Part shown: piece by piece, positions 8,711 through 16,788 of the stretch | How positions within the stretch are numbered: position 1 is the stretch's first letter | Layout: each line of letters starts with the position of its first letter | Assembly (NCBI GenBank): GCA_038045265.1 | Contig: JBBSYL010000015.1 | Span: forward strand, 21,780 to 53,779 | Direction of reading: 5' to 3' | DNA: 32,000 nt | Source: Nanobdellota archaeon | GTDB lineage: Archaea > Nanobdellota > Nanobdellia > Pacearchaeales > GW2011-AR1 | Translations under genes and position numbers: made by a program | The notes under the pieces: generated by a model | The model's input: the letters and a program-made list of their open reading frames with translations, nothing else | What the model was told of the DNA's origin: nothing | Database searches by the model: none

Positions 8711-8806
8711 GGTTTGTTTTTTAGTTTAGTTAAATATGCATTCTGAAAGCAGTATATAAACTTTATGGTAGCAACAGATAAAATGTAATTATATAGTGAC
8801 GAAAGA

Positions 8807-8842
8807 TTTAAATAAGTATACTTTAGTATTCAGAAGTATACT
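8807..8842 (+). promoter_or_regulatory. TATA box plus two copies of the palindromic box AAGTATACT (putative operator)
   Basis: TTTAAATA lies at 8807-8814. AAGTATACT occurs at 8814-8822 and 8834-8842, 20 bp apart centre to centre. The first copy abuts the TATA box and the second lies over the expected transcription start. Confidence 0.5.
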
Positions 8843-8845
8843 CAA

Positions 8846-9088
8846 ATGGACATAGGAATAACCAAAACAAGCATACAGCAGAAAGGAAAAATAACGACGA
8901 TAAAACTTTCAGATTCTACAAAGAAAAGGATAGACCATTTAAAGCTTTATCCAAGAGAAACCTATGAAGAGATACTTCAAAGATTTCTTAACATTCTCAA
9001 TATAACAATAAAGAATCCAGAAATAGCAAGAGCCAAATTACTCTCTTTAGACAAACAAAGAAAGAGAAATTTCAAGGAGATTAAGTAA
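8846..9088 (+). CDS. small ribbon-helix-helix-like DNA-binding protein (putative)
   Basis: KITTIKLSDSTKKRIDHLKLYPRETYEEILQRFL fits a beta-strand/helix/helix RHH pattern. It is the first gene of a tightly packed three-gene operon. Confidence 0.55.
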   Translation: MDIGITKTSIQQKGKITTIKLSDSTKKRIDHLKLYPRETYEEILQRFLNILNITIKNPEIARAKLLSLDKQRKRNFKEIK

Positions 9089-9090
9089 AA

Positions 9091-9654
9091 ATGACAGAAA
9101 ATTTAGAACAAGTAGCACAACCTTCTGTAAAAGATGAACTTAAAGACAGCATTAAAAATTATCCTAAAACTTGGAAAGCGTATGCTAAGCAATTAGCTCC
9201 CGCAATTGTAGTGTCTTCAATAGGTGCAGCCATAGGGCAGGAATTAGCAACAAGATTGGGATATGACAGTAAATTAGCAACAACCACTGCGTCTTATGTT
9301 TGTGGATATATACCTGGCTACACTACCTTCTTCGGATTAGAATATTGGAGAAACAAGAATAAATATCCAAAAGGAGTTTTTAGCAGAGAATTCGCAGAAT
9401 TTGCAGGAACTTTCCTTGCGGTAGATTATGTAGCAGATTTAACAACATTTACTCCTGCTTTTATTGCTTCAAATCTCTGGCTTACAGATAACACCAACTT
9501 ATCTCCTGCATTAAGAGGATTAACTGCTTGGAACGCTTCCGCTTTATTATATGTAACTGCAATGGCGGGTCTTCATCCATTATCAAGAAGAGCAACATCT
9601 GCAATAAATAAAGCAGTTAAATCTGTTGTTAGAAAATTAAAGGGAACAAAATAA
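9091..9654 (+). CDS. hypothetical integral membrane protein
   Basis: It starts 2 nt after the upstream stop and has several hydrophobic segments. I recognise no family. Confidence 0.6.
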   Translation: MTENLEQVAQPSVKDELKDSIKNYPKTWKAYAKQLAPAIVVSSIGAAIGQELATRLGYDSKLATTTASYVCGYIPGYTTFFGLEYWRNKNKYPKGVFSREFAEFAGTFLAVDYVADLTTFTPAFIASNLWLTDNTNLSPALRGLTAWNASALLYVTAMAGLHPLSRRATSAINKAVKSVVRKLKGTK

Positions 9655-9655
9655 A

Positions 9656-11080
9656 ATGGCTAAAAGAACCTACAACGATCCTGTCAAGCAATTATCCAGG
9701 CAGAAACTAAAGGAATTTATTCAAAGACATCTAACACACAAAAGACCAGAAGAAATAAAAGTGATCTGCTTTCCAGGAGCAGAAGCCGAAGGCGAAGAAG
9801 CCTTAGAAGTTAAGGAAGTTTACGATTTGTGTGGAATTCCGAGAGCAAATATTGTAGGTCTCGAAGTAGGCAAGGAGGAGGAAGCAAGATTAAGAAAAGC
9901 AAATTTAGGTTTAGAAGTAATTTTACAGGACGCTCATGATTTTTTTAAAGAGACAGATAGAAGATTTGACGTAATTTCCTTGGATTACAAGGGACAACGT
10001 ACTTGGAAAGAAAGAGATACAATAAGGTACATAGCAGGTAAAATGTTATTAACTAGCGGAGGAGTATTAATGACAAATCATGCTATAAAAAGAGAATCGA
10101 GCCCCACACAATTAGATTATTTATATCGCGGACCAGTATCAGAAGTTATTCGCAGTTTGTTTGGGTCTGCAAGAAGAGAAAAATTGGACAAAATAGCAGA
10201 ATTAGAATCTCAAGGGGCTGATGTAGAGGCAATATTAGAATTAACAGGAAACAACCTTGATACACTTAGAACCATGGGAATATCAAAAGAAACAATTGAT
10301 ATTATGATGGGAGGAAAAGCAGATTTAGATCCGAGGTCTAGCATCATGGTCAGGTTGTATAATCAACAATATGAAATGATAAATAAAATATTCTCTTCTG
10401 CCAGAACAGATACCAGAATTAATTCTCTAAAAGAAGCCATGGGATTAAAGAGAGAGAAGGGAATAGAAAAAAGTTATCTAGATTGGGGAAGTACAAAGAC
10501 ATTTTTATTTTATGCAATGCAACAATTAACAGAGAGCGCGCATAAACAAAATCCTCACATCAGAATAGAAGATTTGGCTTCTCTTTTAGGTCTATTTCAG
10601 ATGGTAGAAAACAAAGGTATGCTTTGTCACCAACTTGAAAGATACACGTATACATCAAATAAAAACATGAATATGTTAATGGATATTTTCCAATTTGTCG
10701 ATATGCCTAGAGGTTTAGTTACAAGAATAGGAGATTTAATCGAGGTAAGACCCTTGCAAAAATTTAATGGAGAAGAAGGAATTTTAATGAACCCCTTTAA
10801 GTATGAAAAACCCGAATTAAGGAGAAGGGTAGAGGCAACAGTCAGAAAATTCAAGGAAGTTTCAGTTTACCATAGTAAAGGTTTAGAAATAAAACCTACA
10901 TACTTAGGCTCATCTTATAATCCGCCTCAAAGAAATAGCAAAACAACAAAACAACAAGCCATAGAATTAATGTCTGTCGGCTACACTCCAGCAGAAATTG
11001 CCCAAGAATTTAGAGGTTTTACAAAAATGCAGTTAGCAGCTTTCAAGGCATGGGAAACTATGACAAAGAAGAGGTCTTAG
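9656..11080 (+). CDS. hypothetical protein, with a possible Rossmann/methyltransferase-like N-terminal region and a C-terminal HTH-like segment
   Basis: It starts 1 nt after the upstream stop. IKVICFPGAEAEGE...FDVISLDYKG resembles SAM-methyltransferase motif I and post-I spacing, but weakly. The C-terminal GYTPAEIAQEF segment is HTH-like. Confidence 0.6.
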   Translation: MAKRTYNDPVKQLSRQKLKEFIQRHLTHKRPEEIKVICFPGAEAEGEEALEVKEVYDLCGIPRANIVGLEVGKEEEARLRKANLGLEVILQDAHDFFKETDRRFDVISLDYKGQRTWKERDTIRYIAGKMLLTSGGVLMTNHAIKRESSPTQLDYLYRGPVSEVIRSLFGSARREKLDKIAELESQGADVEAILELTGNNLDTLRTMGISKETIDIMMGGKADLDPRSSIMVRLYNQQYEMINKIFSSARTDTRINSLKEAMGLKREKGIEKSYLDWGSTKTFLFYAMQQLTESAHKQNPHIRIEDLASLLGLFQMVENKGMLCHQLERYTYTSNKNMNMLMDIFQFVDMPRGLVTRIGDLIEVRPLQKFNGEEGILMNPFKYEKPELRRRVEATVRKFKEVSVYHSKGLEIKPTYLGSSYNPPQRNSKTTKQQAIELMSVGYTPAEIAQEFRGFTKMQLAAFKAWETMTKKRS

Positions 11081-11120
11081 CTAATTTTCTCAAATCTTAA
11101 TCCCTCTCAACCAAAAACTA

Positions 11121-11147
11121 TTTAAATAAGTAATCCTAGGAGATTAC
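11121..11147 (+). promoter_or_regulatory. TATA box plus inverted repeat GTAATC-N6-GATTAC (putative antitoxin operator)
   Basis: TTTAAATA lies at 11121-11128, with 20 nt to ATG 11149. The inverted repeat at 11130-11147 lies between the TATA box and the start codon. Confidence 0.4.
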
Positions 11148-11148
11148 T

Positions 11149-11376
11149 ATGAAAACAATAACGATAAAGCTCCCAGAAAATGAAGCGAGTGATTTAGATG
11201 AATATATTAAAAGAAAGAATTATTTGTCTAAATCTGAATTTGTAAGAAATTTAATTATGGAGAAACTAGAGACGACTAGAAAAGAAAAAGCTGGTTGGTT
11301 AATAGTTGCAGAGAAATCTATGAAAAATATTTGGGATAATAAAAAAGATGATGAAATATGGGGTAAATACTTATGA
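11149..11376 (+). CDS. CopG/RHH-family antitoxin (MazE-like partner of the downstream MazF)
   Basis: MKTITIKLPENEASDLDEYIKRKNYLSKSEFVRNLIMEKL is a typical RHH sequence. Its stop overlaps the start of the toxin gene (ATGA at 11373-11376). Confidence 0.75.
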   Translation: MKTITIKLPENEASDLDEYIKRKNYLSKSEFVRNLIMEKLETTRKEKAGWLIVAEKSMKNIWDNKKDDEIWGKYL

Positions 11377-11708
11377 TAGAACAAAGAGATTTACTTCTGA
11401 TACCATTTCCCTTTTCAGACCAATCTGGAAGAAAGGTTCGTCCAGTTATGGTAGTAAGTAACAATAACTTTAATGAGCATTCTGAAGATGCAATAGTTGT
11501 AGGTGTAACCTCAAATATTACAAAAGATAAATATACTGTAAGACTAGATAATAAAGACTTAGAAGATGGTAAATTAATAACAAATTGTGTAATAAAATCT
11601 GAAAATCTACTAAAGTTAGATAAACATTTAATAATAAAGAAGATAGGAAAAATTTCAGTAAACAAATTAAAAGAAACTATAAATGTAATTAATAGTATCA
11701 TCAATTAA
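11373..11708 (+). CDS. mazF: MazF/PemK-family endoribonuclease toxin
   Basis: RDLLLIPFPFSDQSGRKVRPVMVVS is the PemK N-terminal signature. The 111-aa size and the coupling to an RHH antitoxin both fit. Confidence 0.85.
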   Translation: MIEQRDLLLIPFPFSDQSGRKVRPVMVVSNNNFNEHSEDAIVVGVTSNITKDKYTVRLDNKDLEDGKLITNCVIKSENLLKLDKHLIIKKIGKISVNKLKETINVINSIIN

Positions 11709-12496
11709 TCATTCATCTTATCATAAATTTTCATCCCCTCAACGCTATCTTCAACCATCTCCGGACTTTCATTAATTATTCTTATCTCTTTATCTTTTGG
11801 TAAATGTGCAAGCAATTCTTTCCATCCTTCAACTGGCGTTTTAATATGATTCTTCTCCCCCTTATCTCCATATACAATTCCAGAAAAATGTACATGCCAT
11901 TCCCTCCCAGGAAATAATTTTATAACTTTATCATAATCGACTTTCTTCTCTCTTGCTAGAATATGCGCAAAGTCAATGCAAAATGCGCATCCAGTTTCCT
12001 TTACAAGTCGAGATATCTCTTCAACACTTCCAAACACATTTATCTTTCCCATTGTTTCAGGAGCAATTTTTATCTTCCATTTATTTTTCTTTATCTCTTC
12101 CATTATTTCCAATACCCCTTTTTTTATTGTCTGATAACTCTTCTCCTTGCTTTCTTCATCTTTAGCTTTATTCAGATAATATCCAGGATGAAATACAACT
12201 ACTTTAGCTCCTAGCTTTTCTCCAATTGCACAACAATCAAGAATTCTTTTCTTTGTCGCTTCTCTTTTTTCCTTCTCGGCAGAATTCAAATTCACCCAAT
12301 ATTGTGCGTGTATAGATAAATAAATTCCTAACTTTCGTGCAATTTCGCCAATCTTAACAGCCTCATCTGGCTTTATGTAAACACTATAAGTAAAAGCAAT
12401 TTCACATGCTCTCAATCCAAGTTTATGATATCCCTCTAAAACTGCCGAAGCAGTTTTGACAGGTCCAAGTCCAGCGGGACCAAATTTAATTGCCAT
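11705..12496 (-). CDS. nfo: endonuclease IV (AP endonuclease family 2, TIM barrel)
   Basis: Conserved blocks align with Nfo: SIHAQYWVNLNS, VVFHPGYY, APETMGK, CIDFAHILA, HVHFSG, NH and IINESP. The start could be ATG 12496 (MAIKFGPAGLG) or 12511. Confidence 0.8.
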   Translation of the reverse strand: MAIKFGPAGLGPVKTASAVLEGYHKLGLRACEIAFTYSVYIKPDEAVKIGEIARKLGIYLSIHAQYWVNLNSAEKEKREATKKRILDCCAIGEKLGAKVVVFHPGYYLNKAKDEESKEKSYQTIKKGVLEIMEEIKKNKWKIKIAPETMGKINVFGSVEEISRLVKETGCAFCIDFAHILAREKKVDYDKVIKLFPGREWHVHFSGIVYGDKGEKNHIKTPVEGWKELLAHLPKDKEIRIINESPEMVEDSVEGMKIYDKMND

Positions 12497-12944
12497 TTGC
12501 TTTATCAGCACTTCCTTTCATCGCTTTCTCAATAAAGTCTAGAAATTTATTTATGTCATTATTCAACTCTTCAGATACGGCAGAATATATCTTTTTATCA
12601 TCTATCTCTCCGTATCTATGTGCTAAGTAATTTCTCATCGCTTTTGCTTCAATAAGTTTTTTAGCCATTTCTTTGCTTATAATATTTTTATCGGCTAAAA
12701 TTTCAAATACTTCAGAATCATCTTCAGGTATTCTAACATTTTTATCTTTTTCAACTATCCTCTCTTTAAACACAAGAAAAGCAATATCAACTACACATTC
12801 TATTATTTTCTCACAATATCTCTCACAAGCGGCTTTTTTCTCAATGTTAGTTTCATATTCTTCAAAATTGTCTGGCTTTATCTCTGAAAGTTCATCTAAA
12901 AATTTAGAAATTTGCTCAATCTTATCATTAATTCTTTCGTTCAT
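12486..12944 (-). CDS. hepT: HepT-like HEPN (DUF86) toxin
   Basis: The Rx4-6H HEPN motif appears in AKAMRNYLAHRYGEID. The gene overlaps the 3' end of the upstream MNT gene. The start could be 12944 (MNERIND) or 12965. Confidence 0.8.
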   Translation of the reverse strand: MNERINDKIEQISKFLDELSEIKPDNFEEYETNIEKKAACERYCEKIIECVVDIAFLVFKERIVEKDKNVRIPEDDSEVFEILADKNIISKEMAKKLIEAKAMRNYLAHRYGEIDDKKIYSAVSEELNNDINKFLDFIEKAMKGSADKANGN

Positions 12945-13434
12945 AAAGCACACTCCCCTTTTCATCTATTTCTTTTTTTATTTTATCAGGAAGGAAATTA
13001 TAAACCTCAACTTGTGTTTTGCTTTCTGCAAATTCTATGCTGAATTGAAATGCTTCTTTTTTGTTTATTTTATCAAATTCAACTGCAATATCAATGTCCG
13101 AGCGGAATGTTCTTATCCCATATGCACTTGAACCATACAAAATTATTCTTTTTATTTTAGGAAAATATTTGCTCTGCATAATACCTTCTTTTATAATATT
13201 AATCTTATTTTTCAGTTCGTATCCTTTTTTCAGGACATCTAATGAATAAGAGGAAAGCATCTGAATCGCTAAAAATTTCTTCTTTATATCTCTTGATAAC
13301 CTTGTTCTTTCAGATGGCGTTAATCTTATGCCCATTAATTGTTTTTCTATAATTTCTAGCTCTCGCTCTCCAAATATCCTTCTCATTTCAGGTTTTTTTA
13401 TGACATTTATTAATTCCATTTTCATCAACAACAT
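12928..13434 (-). CDS. mntA: MNT-type minimal nucleotidyltransferase antitoxin with an extra N-terminal helical segment
   Basis: ILYGSSAYGIRTFRSDIDIAVEF matches the GSxxxG...DxD polymerase-beta nucleotidyltransferase motif. The start is uncertain (13470, 13434, 13425 or 13419). A TATA box at 13481-13488 (minus strand) is too close to 13470 and so favours a later ATG. Confidence 0.75.
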   Translation of the reverse strand: MLLMKMELINVIKKPEMRRIFGERELEIIEKQLMGIRLTPSERTRLSRDIKKKFLAIQMLSSYSLDVLKKGYELKNKINIIKEGIMQSKYFPKIKRIILYGSSAYGIRTFRSDIDIAVEFDKINKKEAFQFSIEFAESKTQVEVYNFLPDKIKKEIDEKGSVLYERKN

Positions 13435-13509
13435 AATATTTATTATCACTATGCTGATAATAGTTATCATAATGATGATATATTTAAATCTTTCTCTTCG
13501 CGTAAATCT

Positions 13510-14346
13510 TTAGAAATTAACTCTCACTTGAGTCATAACTCCATATCCCTTAGACATATTTTTTGCAGATGAGTCATAATCTCCGATAACTTCCAAATGT
13601 CCCCATTTCTTTCCGCTCTTAAACTTAGGAGTAAATCTTATAACTCCTCTAGGTCCGTATGAATAATTTCCAAGAGTATTCATACTTCCATTAATTCCCC
13701 CAGCTAATCTAATTTCTAACATCTTGTTATCAAATACCCTTCCTCCAGCAATTAATCCTCCAGAAATACTATCTTGCCCTTTTACTCCTAAACTATTTTC
13801 ACCAGCAAAAGTATATTGTGCAGTTAAGTCAATTTCCATTTTCTTTTTAGCATCTGGAAACCAAGTAAGAAACATTCCAGCAAAAGTATCTGTTCTATCT
13901 CCAGTAAGAGAAGGTTTTCCTTTCTCCATATCTCCAGTAGGCAAAATTGCTCCTCCCTGTGTTAAAACATGTAATGAGCCATTTCCAATATTGAATGAAC
14001 CTCTAGGTCCAGCACCAAACATTAAATCCCCGAATCCAGAATCTTGAGACTTTCCATTATCAACAGATTTATATGCCGGCACATTACAAAAAGCCCAAAC
14101 TCCTGCTTCTCCCATATCACCTTTAATCATAGTATTCCAATATTTAAGCACATCATTCTGTGTCACAGTTCTAGTCACATTTCCCTTTGCATCTTCTTTC
14201 TCATTATATCCTGCTTTTATATCCATCTGCCATTCCGTAGGTCCTCTTGTTCCAATTACAATATCATTTGCCTTAGCAATTTGAGAGGTTGTTAAAGCAC
14301 CAGCTAACATTCCTGCCAGTGTAAGTTTCCCAATTTTGTTTTTCAT
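13510..14346 (-). CDS. secreted beta-barrel, outer-membrane-protein-like protein (MetA/phenol-degradation-type OMP resemblance)
   Basis: The signal peptide MKNKIGKLTLAGMLAGALTTSQIAKA has an AxA cleavage site. The body is Gly/aromatic-rich with alternating hydrophobic and polar residues. The C-terminus ...GVMTQVRVNF ends in Phe, like a bacterial OMP beta-signal. Confidence 0.65.
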   Translation of the reverse strand: MKNKIGKLTLAGMLAGALTTSQIAKANDIVIGTRGPTEWQMDIKAGYNEKEDAKGNVTRTVTQNDVLKYWNTMIKGDMGEAGVWAFCNVPAYKSVDNGKSQDSGFGDLMFGAGPRGSFNIGNGSLHVLTQGGAILPTGDMEKGKPSLTGDRTDTFAGMFLTWFPDAKKKMEIDLTAQYTFAGENSLGVKGQDSISGGLIAGGRVFDNKMLEIRLAGGINGSMNTLGNYSYGPRGVIRFTPKFKSGKKWGHLEVIGDYDSSAKNMSKGYGVMTQVRVNF

Positions 14347-14412
14347 TAAAGTGCCCGTCAAGGTCAGTTCTTAAACATTTATGGTAATGTAATACTACCA
14401 TCAAACACAATG

Positions 14413-14420
14413 CTTATAAG
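14413..14420 (+). promoter_or_regulatory. TATA box (palindromic CTTATAAG) for the TrmB-family gene
   Basis: There are 21 nt between the box and ATG 14442. Confidence 0.45.
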
Positions 14421-14441
14421 AGCAGGTAACTTGGATATATT

Positions 14442-15179
14442 ATGGATTTAGAAGTTCTTAGGAAGATAGGTTTATCAGACGGAGAAGTAAAAGTGTACAA
14501 AGCATTGTTAGAATTAGGAGCAACTTCAATTAATCATATACATGAAAAAGTAGGGATAGACCGAAGAAACATATATGATATATTAAACAAATTAATAGAA
14601 CGTGGTTTAGCTTCCTATTTTGACGAAAACAAAAAGAGGATATTTAGAGTTTCTAACCCTGACAAATTAATAAGTTATATAGAAGAAAAAAAGTCTGGCT
14701 TAGATGAAGTAAAAAAAGATATCAATAAAATTCTTCCTGATGTTAAGCAGGCATTTAATTCAAAGAAAGAAGAATTAAAAGCAGAAGTTTTCAGAGGGAT
14801 AGAAGGAATAAAAGCAGTTTGGGAAGATTCATTAAATTACAAAGAAACCTTCTGGATTGGTTCCGGGAGATATATTCCAAAAGGTTATCCAAACTTCTTT
14901 ATTCCTTGGAACAAAAGAAGAATAGAAAAAAAAGTCAAATGGTATAATCTAATGAGATATGAATTAAGAAAAGAAACAAAGCAGGATACATTAGAAGAAC
15001 TAAAATTTCTCCCTCCCGAGTTTTCAGGAACTCCTACAGTCATATGCATATTTGGAAATAAGGTAGTTAACTTCATTTTAGGTGGAGAATTATTCGCCTT
15101 CGTTATAGAATCCAAAGAACTAGCGGAAAACTACAAAGCATATCACAAATATCTCTGGAATAATGTTGCTAGGAAGTAA
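14442..15179 (+). CDS. TrmB-family transcriptional regulator
   Basis: The N-terminal winged HTH LGLSDGEVKVYKALLELGATSINHIHEKVGIDRRNIYDILNKLIERGL is typical of TrmB. A C-terminal effector-like domain follows. Confidence 0.85.
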   Translation: MDLEVLRKIGLSDGEVKVYKALLELGATSINHIHEKVGIDRRNIYDILNKLIERGLASYFDENKKRIFRVSNPDKLISYIEEKKSGLDEVKKDINKILPDVKQAFNSKKEELKAEVFRGIEGIKAVWEDSLNYKETFWIGSGRYIPKGYPNFFIPWNKRRIEKKVKWYNLMRYELRKETKQDTLEELKFLPPEFSGTPTVICIFGNKVVNFILGGELFAFVIESKELAENYKAYHKYLWNNVARK

Positions 15180-15181
15180 AC

Positions 15182-16528
15182 TTATTTTCTTCTTCTAGGC
15201 TTGCTTTTTCCTTGTGCAATAGCTTCAGCATAAGAGTCTCTAACGCTTGAAGAGACAGCATACTTCATGCTTCTTGTTGAATTAGATTCAGGTAACTTTA
15301 TTTCAAGACCATTTTTAAATTCAGTAAGAGTTTCCATTCTTGTTCTATCATCAATTCTCCACTGTGATGCATTCACTTGTTGGAATGGTTTTTGTGGGCC
15401 ATAATCTCCACGAAATACCTCTTTTTGTCTTCCGCCTTTGATATTTCTAACTGCATAGAAAGGCAAACCAGTTTCATGGTCTATAACAATATTAACTGCA
15501 TAAATTCCATTTTCAAATCTTCTTGCAGGTTGTCCTAATTCTAAGCAAGAGCCATTCCATTGATATCCATTCTGCCATAATTCTCTTACAAGTGCATCAG
15601 TTATTTTATGTTGTGCGTCAAGTAATTCTTTATCTATTTTTCTTGTTATGTTTCTTTTTTGAGTTAGAATTTCAAATCCTGCTCTTCCGCTTGTAACATC
15701 GCCTTGCAAGGAAAGAGGCATTATTGCCGAACCTATAGGAGAAGTAAGTAACTTTCTATCTATCTCATATAGACTTTCCCCCAAAACTTCATGAGCTATA
15801 AGAATATCTATAATGAGGTTTTGTAAAAATGGATCCGAAACAAAGTTCCATGTTAATGACCTATGAGCATCATGAGGATCTTTAACTCTCATAGGTTTTT
15901 TAGCAGGATGCAAAGTTCTTACATCTTCCTGTAATCTGCTTTCAGTTTCTGCAGCTTTAATATGCAAACAGTTTCTTCTTATGATTATATTTTTCCCCCC
16001 CTTTGTCTCCATCCATCTACTGTCTGGACAGCCACAATGAGAATCTGCATATCTATTCCCTCCTTGAGAGCCAAGAACTGCACCCTTCAAATTAACAGAA
16101 TGGCTTCCTTCTTTCTGACTTTTAACCTCGGCAGTTAATAATTCTCCTCTTAATACTAAACTATCTACTGCTTCTTTTCCTGAGCAATCAAATAAGTTAT
16201 AACTTCCATGATTTGCTTTTATTCTTTCTCTCAGGGTTTCAACCAATCCTTCAGGAGATGATTCTAAAAGCTTTTTTCTTGCTCGGAGGGGAATCTGAAA
16301 CAAAGGAGCATATCCAAATTTGCCTTCTAATTCTGCAGGTTTTCTTTTTTGCCATCTTTCAAGCATATCTCTCAAACCACCTTTTCTATCAGGAGAAGTA
16401 ACCATAAAATAAGCAATAGCAGCTACACTAGGATTATCAAATATTCTTACTCCATCCCTTTGAAAAGAAAGCCCATAATATCTAGGCATCATTTCTTCAG
16501 TTTCTGCTACGGTTGTTTCTCTACTCAT
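15182..16528 (-). CDS. SWIM zinc-finger domain protein (hypothetical function)
   Basis: The CxCx(19)CxH SWIM motif HCGCPDSRWMETKGGKNIIIRRNCLH is encoded at 15962-16036. The ORF track starts at 16549, but the TATA box at 16550-16557 lies only 0-3 nt from that ATG and 21 nt from ATG 16528 (MSRETTV), so I prefer 16528. Confidence 0.7.
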   Translation of the reverse strand: MSRETTVAETEEMMPRYYGLSFQRDGVRIFDNPSVAAIAYFMVTSPDRKGGLRDMLERWQKRKPAELEGKFGYAPLFQIPLRARKKLLESSPEGLVETLRERIKANHGSYNLFDCSGKEAVDSLVLRGELLTAEVKSQKEGSHSVNLKGAVLGSQGGNRYADSHCGCPDSRWMETKGGKNIIIRRNCLHIKAAETESRLQEDVRTLHPAKKPMRVKDPHDAHRSLTWNFVSDPFLQNLIIDILIAHEVLGESLYEIDRKLLTSPIGSAIMPLSLQGDVTSGRAGFEILTQKRNITRKIDKELLDAQHKITDALVRELWQNGYQWNGSCLELGQPARRFENGIYAVNIVIDHETGLPFYAVRNIKGGRQKEVFRGDYGPQKPFQQVNASQWRIDDRTRMETLTEFKNGLEIKLPESNSTRSMKYAVSSSVRDSYAEAIAQGKSKPRRRK

Positions 16529-16549
16529 ATTTTCCTTCATATTCATCAT

Positions 16550-16557
16550 TATTTAAA
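16550..16557 (-). promoter_or_regulatory. TATA box (AAAGATTTAAATA context on the minus strand) for the SWIM gene
   Basis: There are 21 nt between the box and ATG 16528. Confidence 0.5.
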
Positions 16558-16631
16558 TCTTTCCAAAGAGACGTTCCTTTAAAGTAGTTACATATAGAAA
16601 GGTTTTTAATGTGTAATAAAGGAGATATTTC

Positions 16632-16760
16632 ATGGATATTAAGCAAGAAATTAGAAATTTAACAAGAGAAGAAGCTCTGCAGTTGCTTCCTCAAGCCAAG
16701 CAGATATTAAAAGGAAAATTAGAAGCAATTTATCGAAAAGCAGTTGAAGAGATAAAATAA
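16632..16760 (+). CDS. possible 42-aa helical micro-ORF (MDIKQEIRNLTREEALQLLPQAKQILKGKLEAIYRKAVEEIK)
   Basis: It is below the ORF-track cutoff. A GGAG lies 9 nt upstream of the ATG. A perfect hairpin at 16767-16788 follows the stop codon. There is no homology evidence. Confidence 0.3.
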   Translation: MDIKQEIRNLTREEALQLLPQAKQILKGKLEAIYRKAVEEIK

Positions 16761-16766
16761 AGCTCG

Positions 16767-16788
16767 AAGTTTTCGCAAGCGAAAACTT
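16767..16788 (+). other. perfect hairpin AAGTTTTCGC-AA-GCGAAAACTT
   Basis: A 10-nt inverted repeat separated by 2 nt. It lies directly after micro-ORF 16632-16760, and its 3' arm runs into the hsp20 TATA box. Confidence 0.5.

Noticed and set aside
7548-8729. Plus-strand ORFs (7548-7805, 8257-8445, 8385-8729) opposite the surface-protein gene.
   Set aside because: They are antisense to a well-supported ORF that has a signal peptide and a TM anchor, and they have no independent signals.
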